The notes beneath the pieces were generated by a model that did not search any database, had not been told where the DNA came from, and saw only the letters and a list, made by a program, of their open reading frames with translations. Position numbers and translations under genes: made by a program. This document shows, piece after piece, positions 40,428 to 49,969 of a stretch of 64,000 nucleotides of DNA (the stretch's first letter is position 1; each line of letters opens with the position of its first letter). Source of the DNA: Alphaproteobacteria bacterium (lineage in GTDB: Bacteria > Pseudomonadota > Alphaproteobacteria > UBA828); the NCBI GenBank assembly GCA_965221125.1, contig CBDCRW010000007.1, positions 128,001 through 192,000 of the forward strand, in the 5' to 3' direction.

Positions 40428-41240
40428 ATGAGGACAGCGCTCGCGTTTCTCGGTGCAGCTTTCGGCCTCACGCTGCTGGCGGCGTCCCACGGCCGCGCGG
40501 CGGAGATGCCCGCCACCGACGCCCTGCAGGCGCAGATGGGGGCTGCGGCCGATATGGTTACGGTCTACGAGCCGCATCTGAGCGTAGGCGATGCGCACGT
40601 CGCCATGGATTACGTGGGCTACCCGGCCGTGGACGTGCTGGCGCACCTCTTCGGGGCGGACTGGCACGCGCAGGCCGAAACCGTCGAGTTCCGCGCGCTG
40701 GACGGCTACGTCTCCCGCATCGACGCGGCCCGCTTCCTGGCGGAGGGCGCCGCCATCGTCTTCGCGCGCGGGGACGGCGCGCCGTTCACGGTCGACAATC
40801 TGGCGCAGAACGAGACCGGCGTGCCCCTCGGCCCCTACTACCTCGTCTGGGACAACATCGGGAACCCGACTCTGCTGGAGGAGGGCGCGCGCAACTGGCC
40901 CTATCAGGTGGCGGAGGTGAACCTCGTCACTCTCTCCGACGCGGCGCTCTTGCCCGAGGGGCTCGACGCGCGCTTCCACGAAGGCGCGGCGCTGGCCAAG
41001 ACGCACTGCCTGAACTGCCACAAGATCAACGGCTACGGCGGCCAAAAATTCGAGGCCAATCTGGCGGAGGTCGCCAAGGTCTACGATGAGTCCGAATTCG
41101 TCCGCCTGGTGCTGGCGCCGCTCTCCGTCCTGGAAGAGACCACGATGCCGCCCCTCTCCGAGCGCCTCCCCGAGCCCGAGCGCGAACGCATCGCCAAGGC
41201 CCTGTTCGACTACCTGAACGCACTGCCGGTGTTGGAATAG
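40428..41240 (+). CDS. Secreted monoheme cytochrome c fusion protein
   Basis: Signal peptide; N-terminal ALDGY/GPYYLVW/WPYQV domain; CLNCH heme motif and distal Met (TTMPP). Confidence 0.75.
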   Translation: MRTALAFLGAAFGLTLLAASHGRAAEMPATDALQAQMGAAADMVTVYEPHLSVGDAHVAMDYVGYPAVDVLAHLFGADWHAQAETVEFRALDGYVSRIDAARFLAEGAAIVFARGDGAPFTVDNLAQNETGVPLGPYYLVWDNIGNPTLLEEGARNWPYQVAEVNLVTLSDAALLPEGLDARFHEGAALAKTHCLNCHKINGYGGQKFEANLAEVAKVYDESEFVRLVLAPLSVLEETTMPPLSERLPEPERERIAKALFDYLNALPVLE

Positions 41241-41259
41241 GTGCGGACCGGCAGCCACG

Positions 41260-41754
41260 TTACGAAGTGACGGCGATCTCCGCCGTCACCGTGCCGCCGG
41301 TAAGCCGCTCCAGCTCGCCCAGGGTGGTGGCGAAGACGCAGTGCGGGTGGCCGGCGGCGGCGTAGACGGTCTCGAAGCGCCCGAGGCTCGCATCGATCGC
41401 GACGGGAAGCTTCGTCTCGTGCGCGACCGGGGCCACGCCGCCGATGGCGAAGCCCGTGGCCGCGCGCACCGCGTCGGCATCGGCGCGGCGGACCTTGCCG
41501 TCGCGCCCGAGCGCGCCGCCCAACGCCTTCGTGTCGCAGCGGCGATCGCCCGCGACCAGCGCCATCACCGGCGCACCGCCCACGGTGAAGACCAGCGACT
41601 TCACGATGCTGCCCAAGGGCGTGCCGATGCTGGCGGCGGCGTCCTCGGCGCTCCGCGCGGTGCTGCTGAGCGCGATCACCTGCGCCACCGAGCCGGCGTC
41701 GGCGAGCGCCGCCTGCACGCGGCGGACCGCCGGATGGGCGATCGGGTCTGCCAC
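41260..41754 (-). CDS. YbaK/EbsC aminoacyl-tRNA deacylase family
   Basis: IVKSLVF, TGFAIGGVAP, YAAAG. Confidence 0.88.
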   Translation of the reverse strand: MADPIAHPAVRRVQAALADAGSVAQVIALSSTARSAEDAAASIGTPLGSIVKSLVFTVGGAPVMALVAGDRRCDTKALGGALGRDGKVRRADADAVRAATGFAIGGVAPVAHETKLPVAIDASLGRFETVYAAAGHPHCVFATTLGELERLTGGTVTAEIAVTS

Positions 41755-41764
41755 GCCTAACTCC

Positions 41765-42382
41765 CTACTGCGGAACCTTGATACCCCGCTGCACCGCGGG
41801 CCTCGCGCCGATGGTCTCGAACCAGCGCTGCAGGTTCGGGTAGTCGGCCCAGTCGATGCCGTGCCACTCCCACCGGCGCACCCAGCCGAAGCAAGCGATG
41901 TCGGCGATGGAGTAGTCGCCGGCGAGGAAGTCGCGCTCCGCGAGCCGGCGGTCCATCACGCCGTAGAGCCGGTGCGCCTCGGTGGTGTAGCGCTCGATGG
42001 CGTAGGGCACCTCGACCTTGGCGAAGCGGCGGAAGTGGTTGGCCTGGCCGAACATCGGGCCGACGCCCCCCATCTGGAACATCAGCCACTCCATCACCCG
42101 CCAGCGCCCGCGCGCGTCGGCAGGCATAAGCTGGCCGGTCTTGTCCGCGAGGTAGAGCAGGATCGCGCCCGACTCGAAGAGCGAGATCGGCTCGCCCCCC
42201 GGCCCGTCGGAATCGACGATGGCAGGGATCTTGTTGTTGGGGCTGATCTTGAGGAAGTCCGGGTGGAACTGCTCGTCCGCCCCGATGTTGACGGGGTGGA
42301 CGCGGTAGGGGAGCGCCACCTCCTCCAGCATGATGGAGACCTTGACGCCGTTGGGCGTGCCCCAGGTGTAGAGGTCGATCAT
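41765..42382 (-). CDS. Glutathione S-transferase, Nu class (YfcG-like)
   Basis: TPNG, ISPNNKIPAI, FESGAIL, YSIAD. Confidence 0.9.
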   Translation of the reverse strand: MIDLYTWGTPNGVKVSIMLEEVALPYRVHPVNIGADEQFHPDFLKISPNNKIPAIVDSDGPGGEPISLFESGAILLYLADKTGQLMPADARGRWRVMEWLMFQMGGVGPMFGQANHFRRFAKVEVPYAIERYTTEAHRLYGVMDRRLAERDFLAGDYSIADIACFGWVRRWEWHGIDWADYPNLQRWFETIGARPAVQRGIKVPQ

Positions 42383-42393
42383 CGCGCCTCTCC

Positions 42394-43089
42394 CTAGCGG
42401 GCTTCGAACTGCTTGGCGCCGAACATGATCGAGCGCTCTTCCTCGGTGAACGTGGGCTTCTTGCGGATGCGATCGGACATCACGGCGAGGCCGCGCTCCA
42501 CCGCAGGCCGCGCGTTGTTGCGGTCCAGCCACTTGGCGAGGTTGGGGTAGTCGGCGATGTCCTGCCCCTGGTTCTCCCAGAGCCGCATCCACGGGAAGAT
42601 CGCCATGTCGGCGATGGAGTAGTCGCCCGCGACCCAGTCACGGTCCGCCAGGCGCTTGTTCACCACGCGGTAGAGGCGGCTCGTCTCGTTCACGTAGCGG
42701 TCGATGGCGTAGGGCAGCTTCTCCGGCGCGTAGTTGCGGAAGTGGTGGCACTGGCCGAGCATCGGCCCGACGTTGCCCATCTGGAAGAAGAGCCACTGCA
42801 GCACCTCGGCCCGGCCGCGCTCGTCTGCGGGCACGAAGCGGCCGTGCTTGTCGGCGTAGTGCAGCATGATGGCGCCGGATTCGAAGAGGCTGAGCGGCTG
42901 GCCGTCCGCGCCCTCGGAATCGACCACCGCCGGCATCCGGTTGTTGGGCGCGATCGCGAGAAAATCGGACTCGAACTGCTCGCCCTTGTTGATGTCCACG
43001 GGAATCACGTTGTACGGGATGCCGAGCTCCTCGAAGAGGATGGTGAGCTTCCATCCGTTCGGCGTCGGCCAGTAGTAGAGATCGATCAT
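42394..43089 (-). CDS. Glutathione S-transferase, Nu class (YfcG-like), tandem paralog
   Basis: WPTPNG, APNNRMPA, FESGAI, GPMLGQCHHF, YSIAD. Confidence 0.9.
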   Translation of the reverse strand: MIDLYYWPTPNGWKLTILFEELGIPYNVIPVDINKGEQFESDFLAIAPNNRMPAVVDSEGADGQPLSLFESGAIMLHYADKHGRFVPADERGRAEVLQWLFFQMGNVGPMLGQCHHFRNYAPEKLPYAIDRYVNETSRLYRVVNKRLADRDWVAGDYSIADMAIFPWMRLWENQGQDIADYPNLAKWLDRNNARPAVERGLAVMSDRIRKKPTFTEEERSIMFGAKQFEAR

Positions 43090-43170
43090 GGCGCCCTTCT
43101 CCCTTGCCGCATCGGGCCGGAGAACGGCCCGGCCCCGTTATGACCAGCCGGCCCCGGCCGGTCAACGTCA

Positions 43171-44297
43171 TGTCCTAGTTCAGGGCTTATGAGACGGCTG
43201 GGTTTCGTTGGCTGTGATCTGAGCAAGGTATTCGGCTGGTGTTTGTCCGCCAAGGGCGTGGTGTGGCCTGAAGCTGTTGAACTCGTCGGCGAAGGCGTCG
43301 ATCCATCGGTTGATGTCCTTGAGGCTGTCGCTGGGCAGCTCCCAGGTAGCGTAGAACTCGTAGCGCCAGGCGCCGTTGTTGCGCTCGACATGGCCGTTGA
43401 GTTCGGGCGTGCGGGGCGGCAGCTCGTAGAGGGCGATGCCGCGCCGCGCGCATTCGGCCTCGAAGTCGGCCTTGAACTCCGATCCGCCATCGACCTGGAT
43501 GGCCTGGATGGGGAAGGGCATGTCGGCCTGGAGCTTGTCGAGGAAGTTCTTGGCGTTGTGCGCGCTGGCGCGTCGGAAGGCTTGGGCGCAGGTCCACTTG
43601 GCGAGCGGATCGCAGGCGGTGAACTGCTTGAGTGTGCGCCGCTCTGCGCCGAGAGAGACGCTGAGCGTGTCGAGCTGGACGATCTCGCCGGGCCGGCTCG
43701 GCCTCAGGCCCTTGGGCAGGCGCCTGGCGTGGGGCCGCTTGCGGCGGACGCCATGGCGGCGGCGGCGCAGGGTGGGCACGGGCACGACCCGGCCTCGGGC
43801 GACCAGCATCGCCAGGATGCGGCCTACGGTGCTCTCCGAGACGACCCAGCCCTCGCGGCGCAACAGGACGACCAGCTTGGCCTTGCCCCACATCGGATAG
43901 TCGCGGCGCATGGCCTCGACCGCCTCCACCAGCGCCGGCGACCAGGTCGGCCGGCGCAGCCGGTGGGGCCGGCGCGAGCCGGGCTCCGGGCGCTTCGCCC
44001 AGCGATAGAGGGTGGCGCGCGGCACGCCGACCGCCTCTGCGGCATCGGCGGCACTCAGTCCCCGCGCTCGGGCCTGCTGCCAACGCATAAGCGCATCGCG
44101 CCTGATCGCCGCTGCGCTGTCGGGGGGCTCCGCGCCGATCAGGCGCGACCCGACCATCGCGTTTCGGATAACATGGCGGGGCAGGCTTCTGACCTGCATG
44201 GGGGCCTCCTTCAGGCTGCTTCGGTTCGCACCAACAGCCTCGGAGACCCCCACCCCCACTTCAAGGGGCCCGTCTCATATCTCTCTGAACTCGGTCA
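43171..44297 (-). mobile_element. IS481-family insertion sequence, apparently intact
   Basis: Imperfect terminal inverted repeats TGTCCTAGTTCAGGGCTTATGAGAC / TGACCGAGTTCAGAGAGATATGAGAC; 5-bp target duplication CGTCA at 43166-70 and 44298-302. Confidence 0.85.
43180..44199 (-). CDS. IS481-family DDE transposase
   Basis: HTH (VPRATLYRW), VQLD, QVDGGSEF, NGHVER, FNSFRPHHALGGQTP. Confidence 0.9.
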   Translation of the reverse strand: MQVRSLPRHVIRNAMVGSRLIGAEPPDSAAAIRRDALMRWQQARARGLSAADAAEAVGVPRATLYRWAKRPEPGSRRPHRLRRPTWSPALVEAVEAMRRDYPMWGKAKLVVLLRREGWVVSESTVGRILAMLVARGRVVPVPTLRRRRHGVRRKRPHARRLPKGLRPSRPGEIVQLDTLSVSLGAERRTLKQFTACDPLAKWTCAQAFRRASAHNAKNFLDKLQADMPFPIQAIQVDGGSEFKADFEAECARRGIALYELPPRTPELNGHVERNNGAWRYEFYATWELPSDSLKDINRWIDAFADEFNSFRPHHALGGQTPAEYLAQITANETQPSHKP

Positions 44298-44360
44298 CGT
44301 CACGGGCCGGCGCCGCCGCGCATCTCGGGTAGCAGCGGGCGATGTTTTTTTGCGGAAAAG

Positions 44361-44470
44361 CCGAGATAAGCCGAGACAAACCGAGATATGCCGAGATAAC
44401 GCGAGACAAACCGAGACAAACCGAGACAAGCCGAGATAAAACGCCGAGATAAGCCGAGACATGTCGAGAC
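44361..44470 (+). repeat. Tandem 10-bp repeat array, consensus CCGAGAYAAR, 11 copies
   Basis: Eight units in exact 10-bp phase (44361-44440), a 3-nt insertion, then three more; one inverted core ATCTCGG at 44322-28. Confidence 0.9.
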
Positions 44471-44679
44471 GGAGCGGCGCGTGACGGCGCGTTGCGACAC
44501 GCCGCAGGGCAGGCGCCGGCCGCGATGAACATGCCTCCCCGCGTCCCGGCCCATCCCGGCCTGTCGGCTGCACATCGTTCGCTCGCGCACCGCATGAGCC
44601 GATGATGGCGCGGACGGCGCATCCCGTGCACCGCACCATGGACCGGGGAGTCGGTTCGGATCGTGACGAGAACCGCAGC

Positions 44680-45666
44680 TCAGAAGTGCGTGTAGCCGGG
44701 GCGGCCGAGCGCGAGCGGCTTGCCGTCCGCGTCGGCGACCGTGACGCCTTCGCCCTGCTCGACGGTGCCGATGCGGGTGAGCGCGAGACCGAGCCGTTGG
44801 CCGATGGCCTCGATGGCGCCCCGCGCTGGCGGCGGCGCGCAGAACACCAGCTCGTAGTCGTCGCCGCCGGTCACGAGGTCGGCGAGCGCCGCCTCGCCCG
44901 CCTCGATGGCGCGCCTGGCTGCTGGCGAGAGCGGCACGGCGTCGGCGCCGATGCGCGCGCCCACTCCCGATTCCTCGCAGATGTGGCCGAGGTCGGCGGC
45001 GAGGCCGTCTGACATGTCGATGGCGCACGTGGCAATGCCGACGAGCGCCCTGCCCAGCGCGAGTCGGGGCTCGGGCAGGCGGAAGCGCGCGGCAAGCGCC
45101 GCGCGGTCGGCCGGATCGAGCCCGGCCAGCGCGCCACGCACCGCGCGCAGGCCGAGCGTCGCGTCGCCGACGGTGCCGGAGACGTAGACGTCGTCGCCGT
45201 CGACCGCGCCGGAGCGGGTCAGGCAGCCATCGCCCGCGACCCAGCCGAAGGCGGTGAGCGACAGCACCGCCGGGCCTTTCGCCGCCACCGTGTCGCCGCC
45301 CACCAGCACGACGCCGAAGGCCTCCTGGTCCTGCGCGAGGCCAGAGGCGAACGCCTCCACCCAGGCATCGCCCACGTCCTCCGGCAGCGCGAGGCCGAGC
45401 GCATAGGAATCGGCCTCCGCGCCCATGGCCGCGAGGTCCGAGAGGTTCACACGCAGCAGCCGGCGGGCGATGACGGCGGGCTCCTCGCCTTGCCGGTAGT
45501 GCACGCCGGCCACCATCACGTCCTTGGTGACGACGAGGGCGGCACCTGCCGGCGGCGTCAGCAGCGCGCCGTCGTTGCCGAGGGCGAAGGCGCCGGGCGC
45601 GGCGCGGCTCAGCGGCCTGAAGAAGCGCTCGATGAGGCCGAATTCACCGCTCTTGCGGCCGGACAT
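44680..45666 (-). CDS. thiL: Thiamine-monophosphate kinase
   Basis: EFGLI, VNLSDLAAMGA, GGDT, IDMSDGL, GGDDYEL; follows nusB. Confidence 0.93.
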   Translation of the reverse strand: MSGRKSGEFGLIERFFRPLSRAAPGAFALGNDGALLTPPAGAALVVTKDVMVAGVHYRQGEEPAVIARRLLRVNLSDLAAMGAEADSYALGLALPEDVGDAWVEAFASGLAQDQEAFGVVLVGGDTVAAKGPAVLSLTAFGWVAGDGCLTRSGAVDGDDVYVSGTVGDATLGLRAVRGALAGLDPADRAALAARFRLPEPRLALGRALVGIATCAIDMSDGLAADLGHICEESGVGARIGADAVPLSPAARRAIEAGEAALADLVTGGDDYELVFCAPPPARGAIEAIGQRLGLALTRIGTVEQGEGVTVADADGKPLALGRPGYTHF

Positions 45667-46171
45667 GGTCCGCTCCGTCCGCCATCTCCGCCGCGCGGAG
45701 CCGCCGCGCGAGGCTGTCCAGCGCGCCGTTGACGAAGGCCGGCTCCCGCTCGGAATGGAAGGCGCGCGCGAGCTCGACGTACTCGTTGATGACCACGCGG
45801 GCGGGCACGTCGGGGCAGGCCGCAAGCTCGCACGTGGCCGCCCGCAGGAGGGCACGCACGACCGCGCCGAGGCGTTCCAGGCTCCAGCGCTCCGCGAGCG
45901 TCGCCGCCACCAGGGCGTCGAGCTCGCCGGCCCGCGCCGAAGCCTCCCGCACGACGCGCTCGAAATGGCGGCGGTGGGGGGCTGCATAGCGCTCGCCGTC
46001 GATCTCCTGGCCGGCGCGGTGGCTCAGGAACTCCTCGATCACCGCGTCCGCCGTCTGGCCGGACATCTCGATCTGGTAGAGGGCCTGGACGCAGGCGAGG
46101 CGCGCGCTGCTCCGCCCCTGGCCGCGTGGCGCCTGCGCCTGAGCCTTAGCGGTGCCCGGCGCGGCGGTCAT
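45644..46171 (-). CDS. nusB: Transcription antitermination factor NusB
   Basis: RSSARLACVQALYQ, VVINEYVELA, FVNGALD. Confidence 0.93.
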   Translation of the reverse strand: MTAAPGTAKAQAQAPRGQGRSSARLACVQALYQIEMSGQTADAVIEEFLSHRAGQEIDGERYAAPHRRHFERVVREASARAGELDALVAATLAERWSLERLGAVVRALLRAATCELAACPDVPARVVINEYVELARAFHSEREPAFVNGALDSLARRLRAAEMADGADHVRPQER

Positions 46172-46176
46172 CCTGC

Positions 46177-46623
46177 CTAGCCCCGTGCCGGCGCGCCGAG
46201 GGAGGCGCGGATCGCCATCATCGCGAGACACGCTTTGGCGGCGTCGGCGCCCTTGTTGCGCCGAGAGACCGCGGCCCGCTCCCACGCCTGCTCGCGGTTC
46301 TCGGCAGTCACCACGCCGAAGCCCAGCGCGATACGGTGGCGCTCGGCCAGCATGGCGAGTCCGCGCGCGCTCTCGCCGCAGACGTGCTCGTAGTGGCTGG
46401 TCTCGCCCCGGATGACGCAGCCGAGCGCCACGAAGCCGTCGTAGCGCCCGCTGTCGATCGCCATGGCGAGCGCCGCCGGCAGCTCGTAGGCGCCGGGCAC
46501 GCCGATCCGCTCGTGCGCCACGCCGGCCTCGTCGAGGGCGCCCTCCGCGCCCGCCACGAGCTGGTCGGCGATGTCCTCGTAGAAGCGCGCCTCGAGGATG
46601 AGAACCCGCTGCCCCTCAGCCAT
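46177..46623 (-). CDS. ribH: 6,7-dimethyl-8-ribityllumazine synthase
   Basis: ARFY, VPGAYELP, LGCVIRGETSHY, NKG. Confidence 0.94.
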   Translation of the reverse strand: MAEGQRVLILEARFYEDIADQLVAGAEGALDEAGVAHERIGVPGAYELPAALAMAIDSGRYDGFVALGCVIRGETSHYEHVCGESARGLAMLAERHRIALGFGVVTAENREQAWERAAVSRRNKGADAAKACLAMMAIRASLGAPARG

Positions 46624-47764
46624 CGGAGTCCGCCATCCACGCCTGCCGCGCGCCATCCGAGATCGGGCGCTCTTCGACCACCCGGAGGCCGTAGCCGTCG
46701 AGGCCGACGATGGTCCAGTGCGTGTTGTGCAGCAGGATCATGTCGCGGACGCCGAGGTCGAGCAGGATCTGCGCGGCGACGCCGTAGTCTCTCAGGCCCT
46801 CGGAATCCTCGTGCTGCGCGTCCGGCTCCGCCGCCTCCGAGAGCCGCACGGGGAAGGGCTCGCGAATCACCACCACGACGCCGCGGCCGAGCTCGCCGAT
46901 CATGCGGAGCGCGGCCTGCAGCTTGCCGGTGTTCTCGCTCGAGGTATCGGCAAGCCCGTCGTCGAGGATGTTGAAGGCGTGGGCGCGCACGGGCACCGGC
47001 TCGTTGTCCCACACGTCGCCCTTCACCAGCGCGATGTGCTCGGCCCTCTGCACCGTGTCGGCGTAGACGTACATGCGGAAGGCGCCGCCGTGATGGGAGT
47101 TGAAGGTCGTCTCCCGCACCCTGCGGATGATGCTGTCGTGGCGCAGCCGGTAGGCGATCAGGTCCGCGATGGTGGCGATCCTGACGTTGTGGGCTTTAGA
47201 GAAGGCCTCGAGGTCCGGCATCCGCGCCATGGTGCCGTCGTCGTTCATGATCTCGCAGATCACGGCCGCCGGGTTGAGGCCGGCGAGGCGGGCGAGATCC
47301 ACGCTCGCCTCGGTGTGCCCGGTCCGCACCAGCACGCCGCCGTCGCGGGCGAGGAGGGGGAAGACGTGGCCCGGCGAAGTCAGGTCGTCCGGCCCGCAGC
47401 GCGGGTCGATGGCGACCGAGATCGTCCGCGCGCGGTCGGAGGCCGAGATGCCGGTGGTGATCCCCTCGCGCGCCTCGATGGAGACCGTGAACGCCGTGTC
47501 GTGCCGGGATTCGTTGCGCTTGGGCATCAGCTCCAGGCCGAGGTCCCGCACCCGGTCGCGGCTCAGCGCCAGGCAGATCAGCCCGCGGCCGTAGCGCGCC
47601 ATGAAGTTGATGGCCTCGGGCGTGGCCATCTGGGCCGGGATGACGAGATCGCCCTCGTTCTCCCGTTCCTCGTCGTCGGCGAGGATGACCATTCGCCCGT
47701 TACGGAACTCCTCGACCGTCTCCTCGACGGACATGAGCTTGCAGGACGACGCGGCGCGCGACAT
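46616..47764 (-). CDS. ribB: DHBP synthase with degenerate GTP cyclohydrolase II domain (RibBX type)
   Basis: [37 protein letters not shown]; C-terminal domain lacks the Zn-binding cysteines. Confidence 0.92.
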   Translation of the reverse strand: MSRAASSCKLMSVEETVEEFRNGRMVILADDEERENEGDLVIPAQMATPEAINFMARYGRGLICLALSRDRVRDLGLELMPKRNESRHDTAFTVSIEAREGITTGISASDRARTISVAIDPRCGPDDLTSPGHVFPLLARDGGVLVRTGHTEASVDLARLAGLNPAAVICEIMNDDGTMARMPDLEAFSKAHNVRIATIADLIAYRLRHDSIIRRVRETTFNSHHGGAFRMYVYADTVQRAEHIALVKGDVWDNEPVPVRAHAFNILDDGLADTSSENTGKLQAALRMIGELGRGVVVVIREPFPVRLSEAAEPDAQHEDSEGLRDYGVAAQILLDLGVRDMILLHNTHWTIVGLDGYGLRVVEERPISDGARQAWMADSDG

Positions 47765-47773
47765 CTCGACCTT

Positions 47774-48367
47774 TCAGCGCTCGGAGTGAAGGCGCGCAAG
47801 GTAGCGCGCGATCAGGTCCACCTCAAGGTTGAGCCGGCGGCCTGCGGCGCAGCCCTGAAAGGTGGTCTGGGCCAGCGTGTGGGGGATCAGATTGATCCCG
47901 AACGTATCGCCCGCGACCTCGTTCACGGTCAGCGAGACGCCGTCGAGCGCAACCGAGCCCTTGGAGGCGACGAAGCGCGCGAGGTCCGCCGGGCAGCGGA
48001 TCGTGAGGCGGAGCGATTCGCCTTCGGGCTCCGCCGCCTCGACCACGGCCACGCCGTCGATATGGCCGGTCACCAGGTGGCCGCCGAGCTCGTCGCCGAG
48101 CGCAAGGGCACGCTCCAGGTTGACGCCCGCGCCCTCGCGCCAGTCACCGAGGGTGGTCCGGTCCGCCGTCTCGCGGGAGACGTCGACCGCGAACCAGCCG
48201 GCTCCCTTGTCGACCACGGTGAGGCAGGGGCCCGAACAGGCGATGGAGGCGCCGAGCGCCACGGTGCCAGTATCGTAGGCGGTGGCGATCGCCAGCCTGA
48301 GCCCGCCGGCGGGGGCGTCGGCGATTGTCCGCACGCGGCCCACGTCGGTGACAATGCCTGAGAACAC
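47774..48367 (-). CDS. ribE: Riboflavin synthase (alpha chain)
   Basis: (M)[40 protein letters not shown]. Confidence 0.94.
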   Translation of the reverse strand: MFSGIVTDVGRVRTIADAPAGGLRLAIATAYDTGTVALGASIACSGPCLTVVDKGAGWFAVDVSRETADRTTLGDWREGAGVNLERALALGDELGGHLVTGHIDGVAVVEAAEPEGESLRLTIRCPADLARFVASKGSVALDGVSLTVNEVAGDTFGINLIPHTLAQTTFQGCAAGRRLNLEVDLIARYLARLHSER

Positions 48368-48377
48368 GGCGTGGCCC

Positions 48378-49496
48378 TCAGCCTGCCGGCGCCAGGGTGT
48401 CCAGCACGTCCTCGCCCACGGGCGTCGAGGCGATGCGGACGAAGCGGGGCATGTCGCCGGCGCGGTCGATGCCGAGCGCGGCCAGCGCCGGCACGCCGTC
48501 GCCGCCGATGACGCCGGGCGCCCGGAACCACTCGATGCGATCCACCAGGCCGGCGCCGAGCAACGAGGCCGCGATGCGGCCGCCGCCTTCCACCAGAACG
48601 CGGGTGAGGCCGCGCGCCGCCAGCGCTTCGAGCGCGGAGGCAAGCGCGGGGCGCCCGTCCGCCTCAGCCGCGGTCTCGATGACCTCGACGCCGGCCTCGC
48701 GCCAGGCCGCGTGCCGCCCGTCGCGGCCGAGCGCTGCGGTCGAGACGATCCATGTCGCCTGCTCGCCGGCGCCGGCGATGAGGGCATGACCCGCGGGAAG
48801 CCGAGCGTTGCCGTCGATCACGATGCGGACCGGGCTCGTGCGCGCCATGCCCGGCAGCCGGCAGGTGAGCGCCGGGTCGTCGGCGAGCGCGCTCGCGGCC
48901 CCCACCAACACGGCGTCGTGGCGCGCCCGCAGCAGGTGCGCGCGGGCGCGGGCCGCCGCGCCGGTGATCCAGCGGCTGTCGCCCGTGTGTGTCGCGATGC
49001 GCCCGTCCAGCGTGCTCGCGAGCTTGAGCGTCACCGAAGGCCGGCCTTTCTCGACGCGCGCGAGGAAGCCCGCGTTGAGGGCGCGCGCCTCATGTTCCAT
49101 GCAGCCGCACGCGACCTCGATACCCGCCGCTTCGAGCATTGCATTGCCGCGGCCGGCCACGCGGGGATCGGGGTCTTCGGTCGCGACCACGACGCGTGCG
49201 ATGCCGGCCTGCATAAGCGCGTCGGCGCAGGGGCCGGTCTCGCCGTGGTGGGCGCAGGGCTCCAGGGTGGCGTAGCAGGTGGCGCCCTTTGCGTCGTCGC
49301 CGGCGCGGGCCAGCGCCTCGGTCTCGGCATGGGGCCGGCCGCCGGGCTGGGTCCAGCCGCGGCCGACGACTCGCCCGTCTTGGGCGAGCACGCAGCCCAC
49401 CGCCGGGTTGGGGCACACATTGCCGAGGCCGCGCTCGGCCAGCGCCAGCGCCAGCGCCATGAAGCGGCGGTCGAGCGCCGGATCGGCCGCCGCCAT
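48378..49496 (-). CDS. ribD: Bifunctional riboflavin deaminase/reductase
   Basis: PNPAVG, HAE, TLEPCAHHGETGPC, LDGRIA, VEGGG. Confidence 0.95.
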   Translation of the reverse strand: MAAADPALDRRFMALALALAERGLGNVCPNPAVGCVLAQDGRVVGRGWTQPGGRPHAETEALARAGDDAKGATCYATLEPCAHHGETGPCADALMQAGIARVVVATEDPDPRVAGRGNAMLEAAGIEVACGCMEHEARALNAGFLARVEKGRPSVTLKLASTLDGRIATHTGDSRWITGAAARARAHLLRARHDAVLVGAASALADDPALTCRLPGMARTSPVRIVIDGNARLPAGHALIAGAGEQATWIVSTAALGRDGRHAAWREAGVEVIETAAEADGRPALASALEALAARGLTRVLVEGGGRIAASLLGAGLVDRIEWFRAPGVIGGDGVPALAALGIDRAGDMPRFVRIASTPVGEDVLDTLAPAG

Positions 49497-49500
49497 GTGC

Positions 49501-49959
49501 TCAGTCCTGCTCGTCGGTAAGCCCGCCGATGAACTCCTCGAAATCCTTCTTCTCGCCGAAGTTCCTGTAGACCGAGGCGAAGCGGACGTAGCCGACCTGG
49601 TCGAGGCCGGAGAGCGTCTCCATCACCATCTCGCCGATGACGCTGGTCGGAATCTCGGTCTCGCCCAGGCTCTCCAGCCGGCGCACGATGGCGGTCACGA
49701 TCTGGTCGATCCGCTCGGGCGCGACGGGGCGCTTGCGCAGCGCGATCTCCATCGAGCGCAGCATCTTGTCGCGCTCGAAGGGGACCCGCTGGCCGTCGCT
49801 CTTGATCACCGAGAGCTCGCGCAGCTGGATGCGCTCGAAGGTGGTGAATCGTCCCTTGCACATCGGGCACTGGCGGCGGCGGCGGGTCGCGGTGTTGTCC
49901 TCCGTCGGCCGCGAATCCTTCACCTGCGTGTCTTCGTTGCCGCAGAAGGGACAGCGCAC
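49501..49959 (-). CDS. nrdR: Transcriptional repressor NrdR
   Basis: MRCPFC, RRRRQC, RFTTFE, ATP cone, YVRFASVY. Confidence 0.96.
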   Translation of the reverse strand: MRCPFCGNEDTQVKDSRPTEDNTATRRRRQCPMCKGRFTTFERIQLRELSVIKSDGQRVPFERDKMLRSMEIALRKRPVAPERIDQIVTAIVRRLESLGETEIPTSVIGEMVMETLSGLDQVGYVRFASVYRNFGEKKDFEEFIGGLTDEQD

Positions 49960-49969
49960 GGCGAGCCTC

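Noticed and set aside
41765-43089. Tandem GST pair as a novel system
   Set aside because: Paired Nu-class GSTs are common in proteobacteria; nothing unusual in the motifs.
44361-44470. CRISPR array or repeat-encoded peptide
   Set aside because: Units are 10 bp with no spacers and there are no cas genes. The period is not a multiple of 3 and the overlapping ORFs lack recognisable features.
46616-47764. Bifunctional RibBA
   Set aside because: The C-terminal domain lacks the GTP cyclohydrolase II zinc cysteines; this is the known RibBX form and not novel.
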